This document shows, one piece after another, positions 10,730 through 21,085 of a stretch of DNA of 64,000 nt. How positions within the stretch are numbered: position 1 is the first letter of the stretch; each line of letters begins with the position of its first letter. Source of the stretch: Setoptus koraiensis (taxonomy: Eukaryota; Animalia; Arthropoda); contig CM106586.1 of NCBI GenBank assembly GCA_048013815.1, positions 21,018,001-21,082,000 of the forward strand, given 5' to 3'. A program made the translations under genes and the position numbers. The notes beneath the pieces are model-generated. The model worked only from the letters and a program-made list of their open reading frames with translations, ran no database searches and had not been told where the DNA came from.

Positions 10730-13038
10730 CTACTCAACTGAGGCCGTAGTGGTGGTGACATCCTCTTTTGCAGCATCTGTCGCTTCTGGTCCGTTAGTTG
10801 TGGAGCTGCCTGACTCATTTTGTGTTGTTCCGCTGTTGTCCGGGCGTCGAGTTGATGCAGAATCGTTCTTGTCTGGATTTTTGTTTTTCGGTTCATTATT
10901 ATCATTGTTGTGGCGACGAGCCCATGGTGATACATTGTGATAAAAGTCTCTCACCGATACTTGAACATCCGATAATGAATCCCGGAATCCTTGGGGCACG
11001 TGCTCACCAATGTTGATGTTCTGAAAGAAATTCCTAAATCTATCTGCGAATGGAACCCGTTGCTGCTGCTGCTGTAACTGTTGTTGATTTTGTATAACAT
11101 TGTATACAGTGTCAGCGTCACGTTGCAATCTGGATATTTCCGTGATTTTTCCGTCGATCTCATTGACCGATTGGTCGTTAGCGCCACTGGGCTCACTTCC
11201 TTCTTTTTCCACTTTTTGTCTCGTAACAATCGACTCCTGTGCAGCACCAACTAAACCAAATCCTGGCCCGGCTGGACCGTACAATGGTGGTGGAGCCACT
11301 GCTACAGGTTGTTGTTGTGGATTCAAAACGGCGCGAACATTGCCAAGAGTAGATTGCAACGAATCGGTAAGACCGTGCCACATTCTGTTGAGGTCGCGTT
11401 GCATATTTATAACATTAGATTGGATTTTGGCGCCCACACTATTCAAGTCGTTCTGTTTAGACTGATCTGGAGAGTTTTTGCCAGTTGTAGAGTCCGCAAC
11501 AGGATCCGTTAGAGTGTAGAGCGGATTGTTGACATCAATGTTATTGAGCAAATTATCAATGGAGGCCGACGATGCCTGGCCACTGTCTTGTCGGCCGCCT
11601 GCAGGCAGGAAGCCCCCGTAAGCAGGCGCTTGGTGTGGCGAACTTACAACACCGTTATGGGTGAGGTCTTGCCAAACTCGGGAGATTTTATTTTGCACTT
11701 TGGCCATCTGAGGCTGTACTTGGTTGTGCCAGAACTCAACAACAGAGGCGCCTAAACCGCGTTGATTGTTTCTATTTTCGTTGTTGCCGTTGTTGTTGTC
11801 CAATGTTGCTTGTCGCCCATTCAATTGACCGGTTGGATCAATATCATGAAAATTTTCAGCACCAGGCCCCGGTCCAAAGCCTAATGAGTGCTGGATGCGA
11901 TCAAAAAAGGTGCCAAATGCATTTGGTGGTGGCTGGTTCGGGTGAGCCGACGGAAATATGGGCCCATCGATTGGGGGCGAGAATAGATCACGATTGTCAG
12001 CGTTTGATCTGCTAGTGATGCTCGCTTGACTTGCCAAGGCGGTCAAATTGGCGGCGGTGCCGTTGTTTGACACTTGTTTCCAGAATCTGTTTAAATTATC
12101 TTGAGCGTCGCTTAGCCTGGCCACCATGGTCTTAAAGAATGCCGGCACTTGTTGGGCGATTCTTTGTTGAACGGGATTGCTGCTATTCGACACCTCTTGT
12201 CGCATTCTGTCCTGTAATAAGTTCAATTGTTGCTGAACAGTGGAATTCCACATGTTAGATAGATTGCTAAATACTGAATGCATTCCGCGATTCAATTGTT
12301 GCAATACAGTTGCGTTATTCAACGCTCGCATTTGTTCCTGCTCGAGTCCATTGCCGCCTTGCTGTTGTTGTTGCTGTTGCGATTCCGAGCGAGTCTCCAG
12401 TGAATCATTCTTTTTGTTGCCAACACCAAACATTGACAATAGCCTGCTGCCTAGATCATTGATAAATTTTGCTGGACGATCGGAACTTATCTGCTGATTG
12501 TCAGCCGGAATGAATGGCACTGGCTGGGGTCCGCCATTCATCGGATCAAATGGTGGTGATTGGTGGGGACCGGGAGACAAGTTCGGATACAACCGCTGAG
12601 GTTGATGGCTCAAAGCTGGATTATGCTGCGAGAAAGGTGGTAAGAATGCCCCCTGTGGCACCAATTGAGGGTAGAGGGCTTGGTTGGGTGGGGGTCCGTA
12701 GGGCATGAAATTCTGTCCATTGCCGCTAGGTTGTGTAGCCTGAGGGTTTGTGGGACCATTGCTCGATGGGTTGTTGTTGCTGCTTTCCTCATTGGCTTGT
12801 CTCTTGGTTAGAATTTTACTTTCCAAAATTGATCCTATAATTATTCATGAGCATAAGTTAAAATAAGAATATTAATTGTGTTCGTTGTGAAAAGTTTACC
12901 TGCAGCGATACCGTTGATAGGTTGTATATTACATATATAAATTGTTCACTCACTTTGTGATGCCAATGAATAGGACAATTGTCCAAACAGAAGTCCTGCC
13001 AGAACAATCGGAATGATTGCTCTTGTTTTTTGTTTCAT
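10730..13038 (-). CDS. Secreted Q/N/P/G-rich protein of unknown family, 729 aa, 2 exons
   Basis: Exon 1 (13038-12954) encodes a signal-peptide-like MKQKTRAIIPIVLAGLLFGQLSYSLASQ and ends at A|GTGAGT. Exon 2 (12834-10730) starts after TTATAG|. The phase-1 junction keeps the frame (2190 nt total). Confidence 0.85.
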
Positions 13039-15144
13039 CGTCTCTGTGAATCAGATTGAACTCTTCGTCGAACCACAGATTTTATACGATACCGGTATTA
13101 TGTGAGAAAAGATTTTCTTCAATACAAATGAAACAATTTGTTTGGCGTCTATTTTTGTTTATAATCCAACTAACAGTCCATTTATGTAAGAGTTAGGAAA
13201 ATTTGGATGAAAGGACGACCAATGTTGATAGACGGCTTTCTAGAAAACTAGTATTGCTGAATGATCGGGCTCATATATACTAAAGCTCAATAGTTGCTTT
13301 CTTTTAGAGGCTTGATTAAAAGAAACTGTTTTCGTCTTTCTCTTGCTGCCTGTCGTAGATGACGATATAAGAATCGATTATTACAACTGGATATATAGTT
13401 GGGCGTTCAAAGTTACGTTCAAACAACTTGACATGATATAATCTAATGTATCGACCATGAATTAAGTAGTTTCAGAGATATGAGTGATTTGTTCGACGTA
13501 ATCTAGTGGCTGTTTATCACTTCGACGAAGTTGTTTGTGTGCAACGCGTATCGATTGAATTACACGCATCAACAATATAGTTGTGGGATATAAAAAACAA
13601 TTTTCTTGTTACAACTCTTGTATATTGAAACAGCTTAATTTAGCTTGTTAGCTTCTTAAATTAGCTGCTAATTTATTGAGTTCGAAGTCTTGTTACTAAG
13701 TTCTTCAGAATGATATCACTGATTTACATGTCGCACCTAATCGTACATTCCACATGCATAAGACTTTAAAGTGTATCTGCTCTGTTATTTCCTATTCTTT
13801 ATACTGAGTATCACTAAGTTATGGTGATGCCTCCATCTTTTTATCATGGCCACTGTTCGAAATGATGCCACCATGAGATGGTAAGTCAAAAAACACTATT
13901 GATAGTTATTGATGTTGTGTGTGACTTGACAAAATCATGAAAAAAGTTTGCCCAGTGCTCAAAGTGCTCAGGAGTAAAATTAGCAGGTATTCAAGCAGTC
14001 CTTGTTATTTTTAATGATCTCTCGCGCTTATGGAACTGCTTTTTCTCTTTCCAACAAGATCCTTTCCTTTGTTGATCTGGCTAGTTAAAGAATCTATTAT
14101 TGATCATATGTTGGAGTGGCAACATCTACCATAATAATCTGAAATCTGACAACTTTCAATCCTAAGTCAACAATTAGATAGTATGTATACGCCCACTACT
14201 GTCAAGTAGTATGTCTATTAGAATGAATTATCATCATCATTGTCGCTCATTATAATGAACGTGGCTAGATATGGACGCCAAGGAATTAGTAAGACGTGTT
14301 ACCGCATTCTCGAGAAGGCTTTCTGGAATCTCAATTGTAATTATCAGTGTTTGTGTGATTTATGCTGGCTAACCACTTTACATTCAAGTTGTGGGCTTGT
14401 GCAACAATAGAACACATAAACACTATTTTGTGGTCTTGTATAGTTTGACTAGTCAGTCAAGTGATTAGTTCCAGAGAAAATATTTGCGTGTCCATCACCA
14501 TTGAATCCTTCTCTACTACATACTACAACATTGTAGAATTTTCAATGTCTACTCTCTTTCACAATATTATTTCTATCTGTTGTGTATGTCGCCATATTGT
14601 CTTGTTGTCGATGTAGTATTTTTATAATTTTCAGGACAATAATTGCCAGGACAACAGATAGCGATTTAGTAATGTTGATAGACTGATAATAGGGAGTGAG
14701 GGGGTAACAAATGTAAGACTACTTTTGAATGACATGGTGGTGAGAATCAAGGAAATCTCACGGTTTGTTGAACACGATGAATACCAAAAATAATGACAGA
14801 TGTCTTTACGTGAGACACTCACAACAACTTGATCCCTCGAGATAATGAAAATGCTTATTGTTATTATTGTTGTTGTTTTCGTCGTTATTCCGACTTGTGA
14901 ACTGAACAGTCGCTTGATTTTAGCACCGTAGATCAACTCTGTTACCACAAGTAATAGCTGTGGGCTTTACTTGTGTACAGCCACAAATCAGCTCGTGCCA
15001 AAGTCTTTTTCAGGAAGATCACATTCGAGACGATGGGAATAATAGCCATTTATGAGTAACTAGTTCTGGTGATCTTTTCGGAAGTATTGCTTCAAATTTT
15101 TCATGATCACGTACATTTGGACCTTTATTATATAAGTTGCGATA

Positions 15145-16054
15145 TCATGAGTGTGTTGGCCTTGATTTCACAACAATTGTTTGTCTGCATTTTCTGTGGC
15201 TTATTTTTTGAAGCTTATTGTATCTATTTAAATAGTTTAACCATGTGGATTTCATCATGACTCTAGGTGAAAAATTTGTCTCTGTTGAGCCGTCAACAAT
15301 ATAAGATAATTTGTTGTAATGACGATAGGCAGATAATGCTTCATCTGGTCGAGAGAATTCCACAAATGCATAACCTTGCGGCATCGGACGTGTCCTACCC
15401 TTGTTGATAGGATGGCCTTCAGGAAAGTGAGGTAAACTAACATAGTTGACCTGCCCATGTGAGGAAAATTTCTCTCTGAGAAGCTCTTGACTACAATCCT
15501 GTAAATCAAAATGTTCCACGTAGATGGTGCAAGGTGTGAGATCTTTTTCCAGCTCTTCTAACGGCAACGGTCGAAAGCGTCTGATCCTTTTTTCATCTCT
15601 ATCAACCTCCAGTAGTTTGGATTGGCCCGATTGCAATGCTAGAAATATGTCGTCAATACCATTTTTGGCCAATTCCTTCATTCGATTGAAATTCATCAAC
15701 TGATCCGCTTGAACCCAGTTGGTTCCTCTAAGAAAACTTGATTTCTTATGAGCACCAGTTAACTCGGCCATCATTGAGTCGTGTCTCAGATTTGTATCGC
15801 TGAAGTAGAACTCAACCTAATGTAAGTAAGGAAAACAAGAAAATATTTTAGATACGATTCACTAATGGTCTGGCTGACTTGTGCTCATATGACACCAAGT
15901 TTTGCCTTAGGAATCAATTGGGTTCGGGCGGATCAATTGACTAAGTTTAATCAAATTCACTCACCTGACGTTGCAACATTTCTAATATATCACCATTGTG
16001 TGACTTTTTGTGTCGCTTGTTTGGCGATTCCGTAATCGGTTCTTCTCGCTCCAT
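15145..16054 (-). CDS. Larp7: La-related protein 7-like (La motif plus RRM1), ~253 aa, 2 exons; no C-terminal xRRM found
   Basis: Exon 1 is 16054-15965 (MEREEP...EMLQRQ|GTGAGT) and exon 2 is 15816-15145. Motifs: VEFYFSDTNL (La motif), TIYVE...YVSLPHF...QGYAFVEF (RRM1), and PRVMMKSTWLNYLNRYNKLQK, which matches the LARP7 [21 protein letters not shown] segment. Confidence 0.85.
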
Positions 16055-16396
16055 CTCTCAAATCTTACGAATATAAATGATTAAAGGATAAATAAAAAAT
16101 AATATCTGGAGAGATTTTCTAGGGCCGTATCATGTGTTCTTGCTAATGTGAAAACTGTTGGAACGCCCAACACGATGCTCTTCACAATTGTCAACAACGT
16201 ACATCTGTTGTGCGGTTGCACGATACGATTGTTTACAAGCCGAATAGCAACCACGTTTTTGTGAGTGAGATACATTGGTTTGTTGTTGTTGGTTGTTATT
16301 ATTATTTGTGTTGTATCCTATTACCATCATTAATCCGTCTTAATCATAACTGTACAATATCATTAGTCACCTTAATTATATATCCACGTTATCGCC
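16055..16396. promoter_or_regulatory. Probable bidirectional promoter between Larp7 and MTERF4
   Basis: The two start codons are head-to-head and only 342 bp apart. Confidence 0.6.
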
Positions 16397-17248
16397 ATGT
16401 CAAGGCTAGTCAGTGCCACCAAAGATGTCGTCAAGGTGCTTGCTTCCCGTGGTTTTCTCGCCGACCAAATAGATATATTGCTGCCACGCTTGCATCCGGG
16501 TCTCACTGCTCAACCGAAATTGCTCGGCCAGGTTATTGACGCTTGGAATAGAGAAATGACAAAACTAACTTCGCAGCGAGCATCTGAAGACAACCCATTC
16601 ATTGTAGCCACTGCTAGCGCACCAGACTCTCTGGATCTTGGTTTCAATATAGACATGAATATGATATTAGCTGAAAGGGAGCCCAACTTACTCAATATTC
16701 ACCCAGACAAGATAGCAGTTAGAAAAGAAAAACTACTCAATCTAGGTATAGTATACAGTGCCGGAGAATTGTGGAAGTTGTTATATTTTGCACCTGCTGG
16801 ATTTTTTCTACAAGATTGGACAGAACTAGTTAAGAAATTCTACTACATTGAACACAATATTCTCAGTTGGTTGTACGATAAACATGAGCGTAAGGCGTTG
16901 AAAACCCATCCTATGGTGTCCAATGCCTTGGTTTCGGAGAAGTCATTCGATCATATCAGAGCTAGGTTCTTATTTGCCCAGAGGACCGGATACAAGACTC
17001 TTGTAAACAATCTCAAGGTGGAGTCATCTTCCAATCTAATAGGTTTGAGGGAGCTAATATTGTATGATACCGATGATTACCTTCGAAGGATAGCCCCGAA
17101 CGTCAAATTGGAGGAATATAATTGCTTTGTAGATCTTATAAAGAATAGTCGAGAACGAGAAAGCAACGACGATGCCAAAATTTATGAGCAGTTGGCTGAG
17201 TTAGAAAATATCAGATATGAAAAAAATAAAGGAACTGAGAGACAGTAA
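16397..17248 (+). CDS. MTERF4: Mitochondrial transcription termination factor family protein, MTERF4-like, 283 aa, intronless
   Basis: mTERF-like helical repeats. The C-terminal SFDHIRARFLFAQRTG and DTDDYLRRIAPNVKLEEYNCFVDL resemble MTERF4. Confidence 0.7.
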   Translation: MSRLVSATKDVVKVLASRGFLADQIDILLPRLHPGLTAQPKLLGQVIDAWNREMTKLTSQRASEDNPFIVATASAPDSLDLGFNIDMNMILAEREPNLLNIHPDKIAVRKEKLLNLGIVYSAGELWKLLYFAPAGFFLQDWTELVKKFYYIEHNILSWLYDKHERKALKTHPMVSNALVSEKSFDHIRARFLFAQRTGYKTLVNNLKVESSSNLIGLRELILYDTDDYLRRIAPNVKLEEYNCFVDLIKNSRERESNDDAKIYEQLAELENIRYEKNKGTERQ

Positions 17249-17576
17249 CTGAGTGATTACAGCATCCATGGTCCTTAATCTTTTCGTAGTTTCTAGCTCG
17301 AAATGTCCATTTAAGAAAAATATCTTCTTTTGGGCGGATTTTCTGGGTAGATTTTGCCAGCAGACCAACATTCTTATTATTCGCATGTGAATATTCACTT
17401 TACGATTATAGCGAAATTCACGCACGAGCAGTCCAAGGATACCAATCCATCCGCAGCATCAGCTGTTCAAGGGCTTGCCATGCACACGTTTCTGAAGTTT
17501 ATCATTAATAACTAATCAACCATTGTCGAGGTATTTTTTTATTATTATCATCGGTTTAATCAATTAATTAACTAAC

Positions 17577-18020
17577 ATGAGCGCATCACTGGAGAGTGGC
17601 CTGGACAATCTAGCCATTAGTGTTCAATATTGTGATCAATGCACATTGCCACCCGAATATTGTGAATTTACCAAGTGCGCGGAGAATGCCGATCCTGACC
17701 ACAAGAGACAGACCAGAGGAGGCAAAGCACAAGGGCCCAAGGTAAAAAAACAAGCCGAAAAGAAGATGGAAGTGTTCAGATCTAATAGAGGCAAGAAGAA
17801 ATTCGTTACTGTTGTAGTCGGTATGTCTACCTTTGGCGTCGATCTTAAGGAGGCCTCAAAATTTTTCTCAAAGAAATTCGCCTGCAGCAGCAGTGTCACA
17901 GGCACCGACGAAATAGTTGTTCAAGGAGATGTCAAGGACGAACTCATCGATATAATCTCAGAGAAATTTCCAGAAATAGATTCTGACCTCATAGAAGACG
18001 GTGGGGATCAAAAGAGATGA
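17577..18020 (+). CDS. DENR: Density-regulated protein (SUI1 domain, translation re-initiation factor), 147 aa, intronless
   Basis: YCDQCTLPPEYCEF zinc motif, KRQTRGGK, and KKKFVTVVVGMSTFGVDLKEASKFFSKKFACSSSVTGTDEIVVQGDV (SUI1 domain). Confidence 0.95.
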   Translation: MSASLESGLDNLAISVQYCDQCTLPPEYCEFTKCAENADPDHKRQTRGGKAQGPKVKKQAEKKMEVFRSNRGKKKFVTVVVGMSTFGVDLKEASKFFSKKFACSSSVTGTDEIVVQGDVKDELIDIISEKFPEIDSDLIEDGGDQKR

Positions 18021-18533
18021 TCTAGTATCGTGTAACGTTCTCTATTTTAGAACGCCTAACACACAATGTCCGGCATTCACTAGGAGACTATTGAGTCTTG
18101 TGCTCTGTTGAGATCATGGAGTCCATTGCTCTTTAGGAGACTATCGGGTGTCCACATCATATTATCACTCATTAAATTTTAGTATTTATAGTTAAGTTCA
18201 TTATAGTAATAAACCGGTAGAGATACTATTCCTGAATTTTAATCTCTACACGATATCATATGGTCGACATAAACAGTCTTGAATTTGCCGCTTCTCCTCG
18301 TGCTTGAAACAGCTGCTCCGCGTTGCCATTGCATAAACGTGGCTTCTTGCTGCGTGCTGATTCATAATTGTCATGTCGCCTCTTGTAAAATTCTGTCCTC
18401 CATATTGTTGTTGTTTTCAGGAACATTTTTAGTCATCAACAAAAATAGGATGCTCTAGTTTTTACTGTATCAGGTGAAACTTTCATAAAGATCTTGTCAG
18501 TTGATCACATTATTATGATCAGATAGTCATGCG

Positions 18534-19226
18534 ATGATGGGCCAGGGATCTAGTCGCATGGAGCCGTCCTCTTTCGACGTGTTTGGCCTCGAGTCGAGTG
18601 CTAGTCATTGGACACCAGGGAAAAGAAAACGATTCACCCACCCATCTGCGGCTTTGTTTCATGTTATATTTAAATTTTTATCCATAGTACTTTATCTATT
18701 TGGTGGTATATTTGGACAAGAGTTCCTAACTACATTCGTTCTCATTATACTGTTGGTATCTATGGACTTTTGGGTAGTTAAAAATGTCACCGGACGACTA
18801 TTGGTTGGCTTACGATGGTCCAACTACATAGATAACGAGGGAAATTCACATTGGATATATGAGAACAAAAACACTTCAGCTGGACCGAATAATCGTGGCT
18901 CTGCAACCAACCCAAATAACAACTCTTCATTGTCATTAAATTTACAGAAAGAACTTGATTCAGTTAATAGATCTGCCGATGCATCTATATTCTGGTCAGC
19001 ACTCATATTAGCTCCAACATTCTGGTTTATATTACTGATAATATCATTGTTCAAATTGAACATTCAGTGGTTCATGTTAGTGGCCCTGGCACTGGTCTTA
19101 TCAACTTCAAATCTCTACGGATATGTGAGGTGTCGTCTTGGTACTAGCGATATTAGATCCATGGCAACACAATTCGTTGCTAAGCAATTATTTTATAACT
19201 TTATAGGTGGTTCATCGAACAACTGA
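18534..19226 (+). CDS. TVP23: Golgi membrane protein TVP23/FAM18, 230 aa, intronless
   Basis: Signature HPSAALFHVIFK...MDFWVVKNVTGRLLVGLRWSNYIDNEGNSHWIYE and C-terminal NLYGYVRC. Confidence 0.95.
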   Translation: MMGQGSSRMEPSSFDVFGLESSASHWTPGKRKRFTHPSAALFHVIFKFLSIVLYLFGGIFGQEFLTTFVLIILLVSMDFWVVKNVTGRLLVGLRWSNYIDNEGNSHWIYENKNTSAGPNNRGSATNPNNNSSLSLNLQKELDSVNRSADASIFWSALILAPTFWFILLIISLFKLNIQWFMLVALALVLSTSNLYGYVRCRLGTSDIRSMATQFVAKQLFYNFIGGSSNN

Positions 19227-20155
19227 GAAGATGGTGGACAACGGCCCTGCCAAGATTATTCAGAAACTATACATCCCACGCGAAAACTATCATCAAGTAA
19301 ATCTCTAACGCAACGTATGACGATGAAGAGTTGGATGATTGGTTAAATGAGTTTCGCCATCAAGCCTGGATATGAACATTCATGTAGGAACATTTATTAT
19401 AACTGTGATTGTTATGATTTTCCCAATGCAAATATAGTAACTACTATATAGTAGCCTCAATTAGATTGAGCCTGTACAGATACATCCGCCAGTAACCTAC
19501 AAATAATAGCTTTCTATCACATTGTAATCTAACATTAGTTGATCCTCGTCAACCCCGACAATTTTATTAAAATAAGTACGTTATCACTCTCTAGCTTCAA
19601 TCTAAAATCATTATTAATAGTATCTAGTATTGCCTTGTATAAGAGATCCATATCAAGTATCGTGTGCGAGTTAATATTGACTTTTGTGTGCACCATGATT
19701 ACAATTTTGTTTTGAACTATTTGCTGTCGTTGACCGGCACTGGCCCCAATCTAGCAAATTGGAGTGGCCATCGTGGTCGAATAGGATGGAAAGTATCTCA
19801 ACTTTGTAGCAGAAGTTTCATTCATGACAGATTCGACCAGCTTTTTGAGCTCACACCATGACCTGGCTTCACACCTGTTGCCTGCATATTGTGTTGAATG
19901 AATAGACAAACATCGAAACGATACATTAGTTGAGTTATATTGGCAACAAAACAAGACGACACAATGGCATCCGTTCATAAACACGACGATCGTCAATCTT
20001 GTCGCTTACCTTTGTTGTTTAAGCCATCACTCGGTGGTATCACCTCACAGCCCTATGTTGGGCGAATGAGAATGAGTTGATTATCGATACTTGACGAATA
20101 TGGCTTTATGTGTCGTTTTACGACGGGCCAATGAGTATTACCTGAGGATCTAACG

Positions 20156-21085
20156 TCATCTTGGTGCCGATGATGTTGATAATAATAATAATATAGACTG
20201 ATAATTATAATAATCTGCGTAGTGCTGTTGGTAGCTTAATAGTTGATTGTTATAACGATGACAATGTTGTGTGTGACTGAAGTCACCAGGGAAAGGATGA
20301 TTTGTGGTCAGATTGGAGAAATCTCGCTGTTGCTGTTGTTGTAGTAGTTGATGTGGTTGTTGTTGTTGCTGTGGTTGTTGCGCTTTTTGCTGTTGGAGAT
20401 GAGGTTGTAATTGTGGCTGTAATTGTAGTTGGGATGGCGGTGCTGGCAACTGTAGTAATTGTGGCGGTGGTGGCAGTTGCGGTAATTGTGATGGTGGTGG
20501 TAGTTGTAATTGTTGCTGGTGTTGATGTTGAAGATTGAGTTGCAGTTGCTGCTGTTGTTGATGTTGTTTATTGTGAATTTTGGAATGCTTTTTTAGGTGA
20601 TCCTTTCTGCCGAAAGTTCTACCGCATATCGAACAAGAGAATGGCCTTTGGCCAGAATGTATCCTTTTGTGTCTGGTTAATTCTTCATTTCTGGTGAACG
20701 TCTTGCCACAGTTGATAAAATCACAAGCAAACGGCCTTTCGCCTGTATGGATTCGAATGTGTCCACGTAATTGTCCATTATTTGAGAAAGCCACCTTACA
20801 AAAAGGACAGTGAAATTTCTTTGGTCTGACTTTTTTTGCTACAATCAAACTTACGCTGTCTTGCTGCTGCTGGTGATGGTTGTGATGATGGTGACGATGA
20901 TGATGGCGATGATTTTGATAAGATTCGGCTGCTTTTTTATTCGTTGTGATCGCGACGCTTGCCGACTGTATTGCTCTAACTCGTGGACCTTTACCAAGGA
21001 GCGCCTCTATGGAGAAGTCTGTCATGTTTTCTTTGTCGTTTTGATATTTTGTTGATGATGGTGCTAGTGAGACGTTTTTGGTCAT
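20156..21085 (-). CDS. hkb: Huckebein C2H2 zinc-finger transcription factor, 309 aa, intronless
   Basis: Three fingers, RPKKFHCPFCKVAFSNNGQLRGHIRIHTGERPFACDFINCGKTFTRNEELTRHKRIHSGQRPFSCSICGRTFGRKDHLKKH, match the Hkb-specific SNNGQL/TRNEELTRH/RxDHLKKH helices. Poly-H/Q/P tracts are present. Confidence 0.9.
   Translation of the reverse strand: MTKNVSLAPSSTKYQNDKENMTDFSIEALLGKGPRVRAIQSASVAITTNKKAAESYQNHRHHHRHHHHNHHQQQQDSVSLIVAKKVRPKKFHCPFCKVAFSNNGQLRGHIRIHTGERPFACDFINCGKTFTRNEELTRHKRIHSGQRPFSCSICGRTFGRKDHLKKHSKIHNKQHQQQQQLQLNLQHQHQQQLQLPPPSQLPQLPPPPQLLQLPAPPSQLQLQPQLQPHLQQQKAQQPQQQQQPHQLLQQQQQRDFSNLTTNHPFPGDFSHTQHCHRYNNQLLSYQQHYADYYNYQSILLLLSTSSAPR

Noticed and set aside
14631-14948. 105-aa minus-strand ORF downstream of Larp7 as the missing xRRM exon
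   Set aside because: It has a non-ATG start, no RRM-like motifs and microsatellite-derived content, and I found no in-frame splice route.
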